A stretch of DNA of 63,139 bases, the filler included, from Chiloscyllium plagiosum (lineage: Eukaryota): NCBI RefSeq assembly GCF_004010195.1. It is 4 parts of one record of this genome, joined end to end, with 100 filler letters (N's around TTAATTAATTAA, not from the genome) between each part and the next. Parts side by side here need not be neighbours in the genome. Positions count along the whole stretch, not along the records: positions 22,116 to 44,519 come from NC_057713.1; positions 44,620 to 60,520 come from NC_057713.1; 2 more parts are not named here. One strand, given 5' to 3'. The position numbers and the translations under genes were made by a program. Below the pieces are notes generated by a model that saw only the letters and a list, made by a program, of their open reading frames with translations, was not told where the DNA came from and did no database searches. Shown one piece after another: positions 35,929 to 48,175 of this stretch (within the stretch, counting starts at the first letter, position 1; each line of letters begins with the position of its first letter).

Positions 35929-37798
35929 TGCACTTTTTTTTTACTTTTCAAAGACAGAGATAAAATTTGAGACCTTGTCTCCTTTGCAGTTTCACACCAG
36001 CAATGCTTAATCCACTGAGTCCATATAGAACAAATTCTAAATCTGTTTTAAATAAAATGAAATTTAATTGAAGTCAGCATCAGTTTTAAAATGAGGGAAT
36101 TGTCAGAAAACCAAACTGCAGTGCATTATTGAATTAATCATTTGCACTAAAATCATATTAAGCATGAACAGAAGGTTAATTACTGCATAGATATCTCCTC
36201 ATCCTTTCTTGCTTCATTCATTATAACTTATATTTCCAAAATCTGTTACTACATCAGCAGCGAATCATCCAAACAGTTAGCAAGCTGCACTGACAGGCTT
36301 TTCATTCCAAACACTCGACTATCCAACAGTCATTGTGCAGCTTAGTCTGCGAACCGATAAGCAGACAGCCTGTCATCCATTATTCCCTTTCATTTATTTG
36401 TTTGCATTTCCTGTGTTCACTGTCCTACAATAACTCCCAGTTAAAACTTGATTTCATCATTCTCATCCTTAGGTTCAAGTCCTTCCATGATCACTCCCTG
36501 TCTATTTCTCTAACTACTGCCAGATCTAAAATCCTTCATGATGTTGCCGATCATCCAGTTCTGGTCTTTTGAGCACCCCATATAATGTAATGCAATGTGA
36601 AATTTTGCCCAAGAAAACTCTGGTGAAGCAAAAACTCTGAATTGTTTTTCTGCATTAAAGGTGCTATATGAATGGAAATTATAGTTGTGTTTTTAGTCAT
36701 CCCCTTTGACCTCTCACTCTTGCAGGGGAAATTCTGCTCTTTTTGTTCTTTGCTCTTCCTTTGTCCTCCAGAGAGTATGGAAATACTGTTCTGCTATGTC
36801 CTAACTTGGGCCAAGTGTCATTCATCCATACCCTTCTACATTAGTCCCAGGTGCAGTGACAACCTTCTAAAACTCTCATCCTTGTGTTTAAATCAGTCCA
36901 TGGGCCCACTCCTCCACCTGTAACCTCCTCCAGCCCCACAACTCTGTAAAAGCTCAGTATTTCTCAACTTATAGCTCTTAGCATCCCATTTTCAATTGCC
37001 CTACCTATTTGGTAGCCACGTTCTCAACTGTCTAAGCTCTAAGGTTGCAAATTCCCTCAAAACTCTCAATCTTTCTTCCTCAGTTCACCGTTAGTTGGTC
37101 CTTAAGACCCACCTCTTTAACCAAACTTTGGGTCATCTATCTACTCTAATATTGCTTAACGTGGCTCAGTGACAAATCCTGGTCAATTATAATCCTGGGC
37201 TTATTATCTCTTGGGATGTTTTGTTTCCATGAAGTTGTTGGTTCCTAATGTAAATTACCATCAATTCCTATATTCTTTCCTTTCTTCCTATATTTCCAGT
37301 TTTCATCCATTGCTTCTCAGAGAAGTTAACATTCATTCTACACTTTTTATATCTTTGTGACATTGGCATTTGATTTGGTACCTCTGTCATTCCATTTTCC
37401 TCTTTCATAGATATGCATTATTCTCCTACTATACATTTTAGACATTCTTCAGAATGTTCTGCTTTTCTTTTATCTTCCCATCTACTCCTGCTTTTCCAGC
37501 TGTCAAATTAATCTTTATTATCTTGATCTTCATCTCTGACTCAGTCTCACATTTTCTCCTCTTCATCCCATTTCTTGTTATTACACTCTTTCTTTTGATG
37601 TGTCTCACTGCCAGTGTCTTCTTTCCTCCTTTGATTTTCCTTTAATGTCCCTCAGTTTTACCTTTTGACTGTTCTTCTGATTTTTTTTTCTCCGTCTCTC
37701 TCTCTCTCGCTTCCTCACTGGTCTTCTGTTGGTCACTCTATTTTATGTCTCCCTGTCTCTCTTACACTCTCACACGTTCTTACTTTCCCTCCCTCTGG

Positions 37799-37945
37799 GA
37801 GTACTTAATTTAAATCGTCTGTTTACAGACCCTGACAGCTGTTAGGAGCATCAGCCATTAGTGATTTTAATTATTACACTGCCATTGGAGACCAGGGGCT
37901 GCTGTCTCTCCTATTAAACAGCCTTAAAATGGAGCAAATGGGAGT
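37799..37945. promoter_or_regulatory. Candidate conserved upstream enhancer of mafA
   Basis: Cluster of TTAAGTACTC (minus, 37799-37808), TGTTTAC 37820-37826, TGACAG 37833-37838, CAGCTG 37836-37841 and several TAAT/ATTA cores in non-repetitive DNA. Confidence 0.4.
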
Positions 37946-39196
37946 CAGTGCAAACTAACACCTACCCTTTAACTACTGTGAATGGACTGGATTTAATTTA
38001 TAGACTAAATGTGAGCTCTGATTTAACATTAGCCCACAATCAAACAACCTCTGGCCTGGACAAATGTATTTGTGGTTGCTACTGTCTGCTATATTGTAGC
38101 AAAGGTTATGTAAAATTGATATAATAAGAGTTTTGAATTATCATCAATCTCCCAACAGGATGTAAAGCCATAACAACCTTTTCCTGAAAATAAACTCTTC
38201 TGCACCATCTGATTTATTTTCCGGTTCTATTTCAAAATCATTTACTTTTCTCATGAAATAAAAGAGTGTATAAATGAGAATTGAGTAAAATAACAAGCAC
38301 ACTCCTTGAGACAGGAGTCACTGAATCTGAGTACAAGAGGTCAAGGCCAGACCACCCACTTCCTTTTCAACCTGCTCGCAATTGTCTTCTAGCCTTTTGT
38401 GGACTACAGCACATATATGATTGTATCCTGGATCCTGGCTTTTAAACCCTTATTTTTTTTAATTTGCGTGTTCTGATATTTCAGCTCTTCACCCAAGTGA
38501 ACAGTGTCATAGAAAAGGTAATGTGATCTTTAGAATCAGCTTGTTTTTTTTAACAGCAACGAGTTATGGCTGCGAGTACAGCAGTTCAATATAAATCTCA
38601 TTCAAAAAGCAAAGTGTTCCCCAATCATCCTTATTTTTCTTGTAGTTGGTGAACCATAGAAATTTGCAGAATAGAATGAGCCCTTTCAATTACTTATATC
38701 TGTATTTGCTCTTGGACTGTGCTATCCATCTAATCCCTTCTCCCGAGAATACATCAAGTTTCTTTCGGTCAAATCTTTATCCAAATGCTTCATGGATTCT
38801 GCTTAATTTGCTTCTCTTTAAACAAAAAACAATAATATGGTCTATATTTATTGTCCATCCCTAGTTGCCTTCAGGAAAATTGTGGTACCCTTTTCTTGTA
38901 CCTCTGTTATTGTTCAGGTGAAAACACTCTCTCAGTGCTGTTACATGTAGAGTTTCAAAATGTTGATTCAGCGATAAAGGAGCTGCTACAATATATCTAT
39001 CTCGAGTTCAGGCTGGTGTGTCATTCAGAGGAGCACTTGGGTATAATGACGCACTTGTTCTTTATGTGACATACCCCATATCCTAACAAGCTTTTGTCTA
39101 AATAACAATTTCACCTTCATTCTTTTGAAAATTTCCTAAGATGTACTTAGCTAAACCTCTCATAATTTTCCCTAGTTTGCTTTTTTCCTGAAAGAA

Positions 39197-39354
39197 CTGG
39201 CCATGCTAAAATTGCCCGTAGAGTTAGGTGCATTTGTCAGGGGTTAATGTAGGGAAATGGGTTTGGGTGGGTTGCTCTTTGGAGGGTTGGTGTGGACTTG
39301 TTGGGCCGAAGGGCCTGTTTCCACATTTAGGGAATCTAATCTAATCTAATCTAA
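39197..39354 (+). mobile_element. V-SINE 3' half with (AATCT)n tail
   Basis: TGGCCATGCTAAAATTGCCCGTAG...GGGCCGAAGGGCCTGTTTCCAC...AATCTAATCTAATCT. Confidence 0.85.
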
Positions 39355-39559
39355 CTGAACCTTTGGTGAGGAGAGTCTGTCAGAAAGCTGCCCAACATTA
39401 AATACAGCACTACTGATCTTCGCTACTCCCATTATAATGAAGGGGCATAAAATAGTCACTGTCCAATTGAATTTATTTGCCATTCTCTACAAGGAGTACT
39501 GTATTGACCCAATTTCTCCCATGGTTGAAGTGAGCTCTCTTGCCAGCCTAAATTAGTCA

Positions 39560-40940
39560 TGGAATGATCGAATTTTCACAATACAGAAAATGGCCATTCA
39601 GCCTGATGAGTGACTCTGTGAAAGAAAAACTCATCTAATCCCACTTAGCCTGTCTTCTTTCTGTAGCCCTATAAATTTGTTCTCATCTGATAATTATCCA
39701 ATTCTCTTTTGAATCTCTCAGTTGACCTGCTTCTACTACACTCTCAGATAGTGCATTCAGACCATAAACACGCACTGTGTAAAACATTTTCTTCATCTCT
39801 CTACTGCTTCTTTTGACCATTGTTTTACATTGGTGTCTTCTCATTGTCAACAATTCTGCCAGCAAGAATGGTTTGTCTCTATTAACTCTATATAAATCTT
39901 GAAAGTTTTGTAAAGCTTTTATTAAATCTCTTAATAGAGTCAGAGAGATGTACAGCATGGAAACAGACCCTTCGGTCCAACCTGTTCATGCCGACCAGAT
40001 ATCCCAACCCAGCACCACTCTGATCTAAACAGATTTGAGGTATCAATCGGCCATGTTCTAACAGAATGATGGAACAGGATTGAGGATCTGAATGGCCCAC
40101 ATTTATACCTATGATTGTTTCTGGAACATGTTGGTCAGATGAGGGCAGGATTGACTTTGCTTTTGCTGATCTTCATGGCCAAGAAAAGACAGTTATGGGA
40201 TCAGTGAGCACCCATACCTTCAGGAAAAACGTGGCCATAAGATTCTAAGAGGTCAGATGAGAATTGGGCCAATTGTCTCATTGAGTCGGTTCTGCCATTC
40301 AATGAGATCATGGCTGATCTAACAATCCCTAACTCCACTTTCTTCACTTTTCCCCATATTTTGATTTCCTTATTGATTGGGTGGCATGGCGGCTCAGTGG
40401 TTAGCACTGCTACCTTACAGCGCCAGGGATCCAGGTTCAATTCCTGCCTCAGGCGACTGTGTGGAGTTTGCACATTGTGTGACTTTCCTCCGGGTGCTCT
40501 GGTTTCCTCCCACAAGTCAAAGACGTGCAGGCCAGGTGAATTGGCTATGCTAAATTGTCCCATAGTGTTAGGTGCAATAGTCAGGGGTAAATGTAGAGTA
40601 GTGGAATGGGTCTGGGTAGGTTACTCTTCAGAGGGTCAGTGTTCGGCTGAAGGGCCTGTTTCCACACTGTAGGTAATCCAATCTGATTACAATGCCATCT
40701 ATCTCCATCTTGAATGTACTTAATAACCCAACCTCAACAGCCCTTTGTGGCAAAGAATTCCACAGATTCAATCCTATCTGAGACAAAACATTCATCCTTG
40801 TCTCATTTTAATTTGTTCTGTTCAGAGATTATGCCCTCTGCTCTTAGACTGTTCCATAAAAGCAAACAAACCTTTCTGCATCCACCCTGTCAAACTGTGT
40901 ATATGTTTCAAGTAGATTTCTTCTCATTTTTCTCAACTCC
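39560..40940 (-). mobile_element. Cluster of CR1 3'-end fragments
   Basis: Several reverse-complement CR1 tails (39560-39920, 39935-40010, 40235-40940). Confidence 0.6.
40379..40684 (+). mobile_element. V-SINE (HE1-like) nested in CR1 fragment
   Basis: GGGTGGCATGGCGGCTCAGTGGTTAGCACTGC head, AGGTTCAATTCC B-box, V-domain. Confidence 0.88.
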
Positions 40941-42639
40941 AATGAGTGCAAGCTCAACCCACTCACAGGGTTACATTGTACACCAGAAACTAGCATTGAA
41001 AGGCTTCAGCAAGGAGACTTTGCACACAGGGACAGGCACCCAGCTCACAGACTGGATGAGGCTGCATCTCAGGGCTGCTTATTTGTTGTCTTTGCACTCG
41101 CTAACTGACTGCGTGCTCACATCATCCCTGTCCTGCTTTACCAGTTTGTGCAGTCACTGAAACGTGCAGTTTGCCTGCTGCAAAACAGTCCTCAGTCTCA
41201 GCGGGACACACCTTGGTGTATCGCAATGTGTTACATCAATTTTACGTCTATAATATATGCTAGCAGCTTATTGCATATACTGTAAGGAAGCAGCCATGTC
41301 TCAGTGTTTTAGTGAAGTAGTCCTCACTGATGTTCATGGAGACATTCATCAGTCAAGGATGTCCAGCACTGTATACCCAGGAAACCTTTGAACCAGTCTA
41401 GGGAACTGATCACACTCAGTGTCTGGTCGGAGTGTTCTCAGTCAGGTTACCCATGACTCTGCAGTCCAGAGAGACTTCATCTCTTGTTTCCATAGAAGCA
41501 TGTCCAGGGGCTAGGGCTAACATGCTGGAGAAATGAATTGATGCCAGTCAGGGGTCTGGGCATGTTAAGCCAGGGGTCCGCTCACATTGGCCAAGGAGGG
41601 GGCTAGACCCTGGTCAATCCATCGGGTTGGGTCCATTCAAAGTTAAAGAGCTTTTGGGATGGGGAGCGAATGAAGTTGTAACTGCAGCCTTGGCAGATTA
41701 ATCATTGGGAGTAGGAGCTGCAGGCACAGGGCAAGGATACAAAGCGATTGTGAAGGGTGCGGAAAGGATTACAAGGTGGTGGAGAGGAAATACAGTAAAG
41801 CATGGCTAGGAAGCGAGTAATGATGGAAAAGGAGGGATTTGCACATGGTCAAGACACCCTGGTTTCAGTGGCAGCCCATGGTTTCATATGCCAGGGGCTG
41901 GTGGGGGCTGGTTATGTAGCTTAGCCGTGGGCTGTTAGAGGGTTGAGTGAGGGCTCAGGGAAATGAGATGCCTGTAGGTTTTATAGGATGGATTACTAGG
42001 AAGAAGATATTGATATCTGAGGGTTCATTGGTACAGTCAGGCTGAGGGTGGAAGCTGCTGGAAGAGGAGCACTTACTGTCGCCTTCCAAGGTGCTGGAAA
42101 ATGAGGCAGTGTAATGGGAAGAAGCACACTCAGAGTGGATGGCGTAAGGGCATGTACCTGGAAGAGGGGGTGGGGCTGCAGCACTAACAAACATTAGGGA
42201 TGATGGACAAGGAGGGACAAAAGATTCACCAGGACCCAAAGCCATGTGTACGTATTGTTGCTCCGGCTTCCACAGGGTACAGTAGGTTCTCAGCACAGAC
42301 TGCCATCCATGGAACGTCATCTATCACCATGGAGTGCTGGTGAATGGTGTGAGGATGCATTTAGCTCTTGCACAGAGAGACTCACAACTACATGAAAGGT
42401 AATATCAGGAACATTTCTCCATAAGCTAATAGTGACGCACAAGCCTTCTTCATCCATGTCACCAAAGTTCCCCCAATAGGTTTCTTCTTTCTCATTATGT
42501 CTTAATGCAATTCCTGGCTGAGCAGCTGGATTGGAGGAAGCTTTTGTTTAAAATGCATTTATGGGATATGGGCATTGCTAGGGCAGCATTTATCCCTATT
42601 CTAAATTGCCCAGAGGATAATGAACAGTTAACCACATGG

Positions 42640-43700
42640 AGTCACATGTTGGTGGAATGGATGGAAAGATGGCAGATGAGGTGCAATGCAGAGAAGTGTG
42701 AGCTAATGCACTTTGAGATACAGAGTCCTCGAGATCTACAACATAGGGAAAGGCCCTTCGGCCAATCGAGTTTGCACTGGTCAAAAACAACCACCTAGCT
42801 ATTTTAATCCTATTTTTCAGCACTTTGACTATGTCTTGGCATCATGAGTGCACATTTAAATGCACACTGAAAGTCAATTAAACATAGCGAGTATATTCTA
42901 AGCGAGGAGGGTGGAAGATTAGAGGAACCTGAATGTATGTGTGTATAGGCAAAATTGAGGACTGCAGATGCGAGAAACCAGAGTTTAGATCAGAGTTTTG
43001 CTGGAAAAGCACAGCAGGTCAGGCAGCATCCGAGGAGCAGGAAAATCGACATTTCAGGCAAAAGCCCTTCATCAGGAATGTGTGTATAGATCATTGAAGG
43101 TAACAGGACAGATGGAGAGAACATTTAGTAAAACATATAGTGTCCTTGGAATTATTAACAGAGGCATAGAGCACAAGTGCAATGTTAAACTTGTATAAGA
43201 CACTTGCGAGACCTTAACTGATATATTGTGTATAGTTGTGGGCATTACATTACAAGAAAGATGTGAAAGTATTATAGAGAGTGCAATAGCAAGATGGTTC
43301 TAGGAATGAGAAACTTCAGTCATGAAGGTACGTTAAAGAGAATAGGATTGTCTCCTTGGAGAAAGAAAAGCTGAAAGAAGGTTTGATAAGTTTTCAAAAT
43401 CTTGAGCAGGAGACAATGGATAAGAGATAGCTGTTTCCACTCAAAAATGGAACAAAAATGAACTCTCATAGATTTAAAGTGATGTGCAAATGAAACCAGA
43501 GTGATGTGAAGAAAGAAACTTTGTCACCCAGTGAGGTAGTTAGGGTATGGAATGCAATACCTGGAAATGTATTATTTGATTATTTAGTTAGAAATAATGT
43601 GCAAGGGTATGGTCAAAAAGCAGGGGAATTAGTGCTAGGTAATGACGATCATTTCAGGAACGGATCCATTACAATGGCCTGAATGGTCTTTAATGCTCCT
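42640..43700 (+). mobile_element. Old CR1 3' fragment with nested insertions
   Basis: WMERWQMRCNAEKCELMHF peptide and degenerate CR1 3' end. Confidence 0.65.
42949..43077 (-). mobile_element. Solo PLE pLTR insertion starting at the hammerhead, 12-bp TSD
   Basis: TSD ATGTGTGTATAG at 42937-42948 and 43078-43089; minus strand begins TTCCTGATGAAGGGCTTTTGCCTGAAATGTCGA. Confidence 0.88.
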
Positions 43701-43702
43701 AT

Positions 43703-43875
43703 GCGGGAGCTGGGCGGAAGTGAAGTTGGAGCGCAGAGCTGGTCAGGAAGGTAAGTGATTGTTATTTAAGAACTTACCTCGACGCCAACGGTCTTTTTGC
43801 AGCAGAGCGTGGCGGGAGCTGGGCGGAAGTGAAGTCGGAGCACAAAACCGGTCGGGAAGATAAGTGATTGTTATT
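43703..43875 (+). repeat. Two ~64-bp direct repeats (period 109), probable CR1 5'UTR
   Basis: GCGGGAGCTGGGCGGAAGTGAAGT...TAAGTGATTGTTATT at 43703-43766 and 43812-43875. Confidence 0.75.
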
Positions 43876-44519
43876 GAGAGGCAAGGAATTGGGAGAGAGT
43901 GCAGTTGAACACGTGGCTGCAAGGATGGTGTAGGAGAGAAGGCTTCAGGTATTTGGACAATTGGACTGCATTCTGGGGAAGGTGGGACCTGTACAAGCAG
44001 GACGGGTTGCACCTGAACCAGAAGGGCACCAATATCCTGGGAGGTAGGTTTGCTAGCACTCTTCGGGGGGGTTTAAACTAATTTGGCAGGGGGATGGGAT
44101 CCGGACTTGTAGTCCAGCAAGTAGGTTAGCTGTTTTTCAGAATGTCCAAGAATGTAGTGAGGCTGTGGAGAAGGTAGCACTGACAGGGAATACTTGCAGA
44201 CACAGAGATGGGTTCAAGAGTGTATACTTCAACGCAAGGAGTATCAGAAATAAGGTGGGTGAACTTAAGGCGTGGATCAGTACTTGGGACTACGATGTTG
44301 TGGCCATCACGGAAACGTGGATAGAAGAGGGACAGGAATGGTTGTTGGCGGTTCCTGGTTACAGATGTTTCAGTAAGATTAGGGAGGGTGGTAAAAAAGG
44401 AGGGGGGTGGCGTTGCTAATTAAAAATGGTATAACGGCTGCAGGAAGGCAGTGCAAGGGGGATCTGCCTTTGGAGGTAGTATGGGCTGAAGTCAGAAATA
44501 GGAAAGGTGCAGTCACCTT
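43876..44519 (+). mobile_element. CR1 LINE ORF1 end and ORF2 APE start
   Basis: LNTWLQGWCRREGFRYLD...DGLHLNQKG (SGNH DxxH), then YFNARSIRNK...YDVVAITETW. Confidence 0.9.
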
Positions 44520-44619
44520 NNNNNNNNNNNNNNNNNNNNNNNNNNNNNNNNNNNNNNNNNNNNTTAATTAATTAANNNNNNNNNNNNNNNNNNNNNNNNN
44601 NNNNNNNNNNNNNNNNNNN
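44520..44619. other. Artificial contig spacer 44N-TTAATTAATTAA-44N
   Basis: 12-mer at 44564-44575. Confidence 0.97.
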
Positions 44620-45188
44620 GCAGCTGTGCAGGATATTGGTTAGGCCACTGTTGGGATATTGCATGCAATTCTGTTCTCTTTCCTATTGGAAGGATGTTGT
44701 GAAAATTGAAAGGGTTCAAAAAAGATTTACAAGAATGTTGCCAGGGTTGGAGGATCTGAGCTACAGGGAGAGGCTGAACAGGCTGGGGCTGTTTTCCCTG
44801 GAGCATCGGAGGCTGAGGGTGACCTTATAGAGGGTTACAAAATTATGAGGGGCATGGATAGGATAAATAGATAAGGTCTTTCCCCTGGGGCAGGGGAGTC
44901 CAGAACTAGAGGGCATAGGTTTAGGGTGAGAGGGGAAAGATATAAAAGGGGCAATTTTTTCACGCAGAGGGTGGGACATGTATGGAATGAGCTGCCAGAG
45001 GAAATGGTGGAGGCTGGTACAATTGCATAATTTAAGAGGCATTTGGATGGGTATATGAATTGGAAGGGTTTGGAGGGATATGGGCCGGGTGCTGGCAGGT
45101 GGGACTGGATTGGTTGGGATATCTGGTCGGTATGGACGGGTTGGACCGAAGAGTCTGTTTCCATGCTGTACATCTCTATGACTCTATG
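44620..45188 (+). mobile_element. CR1 LINE 3' end
   Basis: VRPLLGYCMQF...ERVQKRFTRMLPGLEDLSYRERL; tail CTATGACTCTATG. Confidence 0.92.
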
Positions 45189-45448
45189 TTAGTTCATAGG
45201 ATCATGACGCTCAATGTCAAGAATGGCCTTATCACACATCTCATCTGACTCTGCTACACACCTCACCATAGTCCACATCAGATCCCTGTAAGATTCCACA
45301 CAATATTTTTATTTATTCTTTCGTGGGATGTGTGCATTATTTGTCACCATTTGTTGCCCGTCCCTAACTATTGTTAATCTGGATGCATGCCAGGCTATTT
45401 GGGAATGTTGTTAAGAGTCAACCATACTGCAGTGGGACTGGAGCAATA

Positions 45449-46946
45449 TGTATCTTTCAAAAGTCACTAGAGTGAGGGAAAGTCCCGGATGATTGGAAGA
45501 TCGCTGTTGTAACCCCCTTGTTCAAGAAAGGATCAAGACAAAAGATGGAAAATTATAGGCCAATTAGCCTAACCTCGGTTGTTGGTAAAATTTTAGAATC
45601 CATCATTAAGGATGAGGCTTCTAAATCCTTGGAAGAGCAGGGTCAGATTAGAACAAGTCAACATGGATTTAATAAGGGGAGGTCGTGCCTGACAAACCTG
45701 TTGGAATTCTTTGAAGAGGTGACAAGTAGGTTAGACCAGGGAAACCCAGTTGATGTGGTCTATCTAGACTTCCAAAAGGCTTTTGATAAGGTGCCACACG
45801 GGAGGCTGCTGAGCAAGATGAGGGCCCATGGTGTTCGAGGTGAGCTACTGGTATGGATTGAGGATTGGCTGTCTGACAGAAGGCAGAGAGTTGGGATAAA
45901 AGGTTCTTTTTCGGAATGGCAAGCGGTGTCCCACAGGGTTCAGTGTTGGGGCCGCAGCTGTTCACGTTAAATACTAATGATCTGGATGAAGGGACTGGGG
46001 GCATTCTAGCGAAGTTTGCCGATGATACAAAATTAGCTGGATAGGCAGGTAGTACTGAGGAAGTGGGGAGGCTGCAGAAGGATCTAGACAGTTTGGAAGA
46101 GTGGTCCAGGAAATGGCTGATGGAATTCAATGTGAGCAAATGCAAGGTCTTGCACTTTGGAAAAAAGAATACAAGCATGGACTACTTTCTAAACAGTGAG
46201 AAAATTCATAAAGCCAAAGTACAAAGGGATCTGGGAGTGCTAGTGGAGGATTCTCTAAAGGTAAACATGCAGGTTGAGTCCGTGATTAAGCAAGCGAATG
46301 CAATGTTGTCATTTATCTCAAGATGGTTGGAATATAAAAGCACCGTTTTGCCACTGAGACTTTATAAAGCTTTGGTTAGGCCCCATTTGGAGTACTGTGT
46401 CCAATTTTGGTCCCCACACCTCAGAAAGGACATACTGGCACTGGAGCGTGTCCAGCGGAGATTTACACGGATGATCCCTGGAATGGTAGGTCTAACATAC
46501 GAGGAACAGCTGAGGATCCTGGGATTGCATTCATTGGAGTTTAGAAGATTAAGGGGAGATCTAATAGAAACTTACAAGATAATGCATGGCTTGGAAAGGG
46601 TGGACGCTAGGAAATTGTTTCCGTTAGGCGAGGAGACTCGACCCATGGACACAGCCTTAGAATTAGAGGGAGTAAATTTAGAACAGAAATGCGGAGACAT
46701 TTCTTCAGCCAGAGAGTGGTGGGCCTGTGGAATTCATTGCCGCAGAGTGTAGTGGAGGCCGGGACGCTAAATGTCTTCAAGGCAGAGATTGATAAATTCT
46801 TGATATCACAAGGAATTAAGGGCTACAGGGAGAATGCGGGTAAGTGGAGCTGAAACACCCATCAGCCATGATTGAATGGTGGAGTGGACTCGATGGGCCG
46901 AATGGCCTTACTTCCATTCCTATGTCTTATGGTCTTATGGTCTTAT
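45449..46946 (+). mobile_element. 5'-truncated CR1 LINE (RT domain to tail), inserted into a minus-strand SINE
   Basis: NYRPISLTSVVGKILE, QHGF..GRSCLTNLLEF, YLDFQKAFDKVPH, KFADDTK and RPHLEYCVQFWSP; (CTTATGGT)n tail. Confidence 0.93.
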
Positions 46947-47312
46947 CCCAAACCATGGAAAGATTCAGATTTATCTATCTAAAGGGAATTTGTGAACCAG
47001 GTGGACTTTTATGACATTCAATAATAATTACTTGGGCCACCATTGCTGAGACTGGATTTCTATTTCAGAATTATAAATTAATTGAATTTAGCTTCCACCA
47101 GCTGTCACAGTCTGACATGAATTCATGCCCATGCAATAGATTTGGCTGGCCCTCTGGTTTACTCATTCAGTGGCATTAATAATATGCTATCACCTCCTTG
47201 AATGTGATGTATGATCTATGCACAGGAGCTATCCTTCACATGCAACCATCTCCTGCAAGTGTTTTTTTAAATTTCAGTGGAACACTTTGAATAATGATGG
47301 TGGTCTCAGTCA

Positions 47313-47526
47313 ATGCAGGTTGTTCTGCATTTCGTCAATGTGAATTCACTGCAACATGATTGACAAACATGGGACATTGTTTCCACAGAGCAAACGTTTA
47401 AAATATGTGTTGGTTGTAATGCGATTACATTGCCAACACTTTAAGCACTGTTTCTAAAGCACGATTTATCTATAATACTGGGTTGCGCAAGAACGCAACC
47501 ATTGTGTAATAGAAGAACTGACTGTA
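47313..47526. mobile_element. Possible decayed Tc1/pogo-type MITE
   Basis: Right end AATAGAAGAACTGACTG-TA; weakly matching left end TGCAGGTTGTTCTGC. Confidence 0.3.
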
Positions 47527-47867
47527 ATTCACCACTCAGCTCTAGTGTCACTTCCATTAAGGAATGCCTTTGGAAATATGGTTTGCAACCTAAATAATGA
47601 GACTAGTTATGACATAAAGAAGGCTCCAGTTGTCTCATAAATTTAACTTCTGTCTTCCTCAGGGCATGTTGGATAAACATCAAATGGAAAACGGATACAT
47701 TCTCACCTAGCTGAGGCCAAATACTTGAAAATTAAGACATGGAATGCATATCCACCTTTCAAACCAATTGGTTTGTTTTTGGTAAGAGAAATGAATGGAT
47801 TTTACTTACAGAATAAGAACTCTGAAATGACAACTGCATCAATAAAATCCTTTCCAATGATTTTTTT

Positions 47868-48175
47868 TAGATTACATTACAGTGTGGAAACAGGCCCTTC
47901 GGCCCAACAAGTCCACACCGACCCGCCGAAGCGCAACCCACCCATACCCCTACATTTACCCCTTACCTAACACTACGGGCAATTTAGCATGGCCAATTCA
48001 CCTAACCTGCACATCTTTGCACTGTGGGAGGAAACCGGAGCACCCAGAGGAAACCCACGCAGACACGGGGAGAATGTGCAAACTCCACACAGTCAGTCGC
48101 CTGAGGCGGGAATTGAACCCGGGTCTCTGGCGCTGTGAGGCAGCAGCGCTAACCACTGTGCCACTGTGCCGTCCC
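47868..48175 (-). mobile_element. V-SINE (HE1-like), full length, well preserved
   Basis: Minus reads GGGACGGCACAGTGGCACAGTGGTTAGCGCTGCTGCCTCACAGCGCCAGAGACCCGGGTTCAATTCCC (A and B boxes), V-domain, TAATGTAATCTA tail. Confidence 0.92.
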
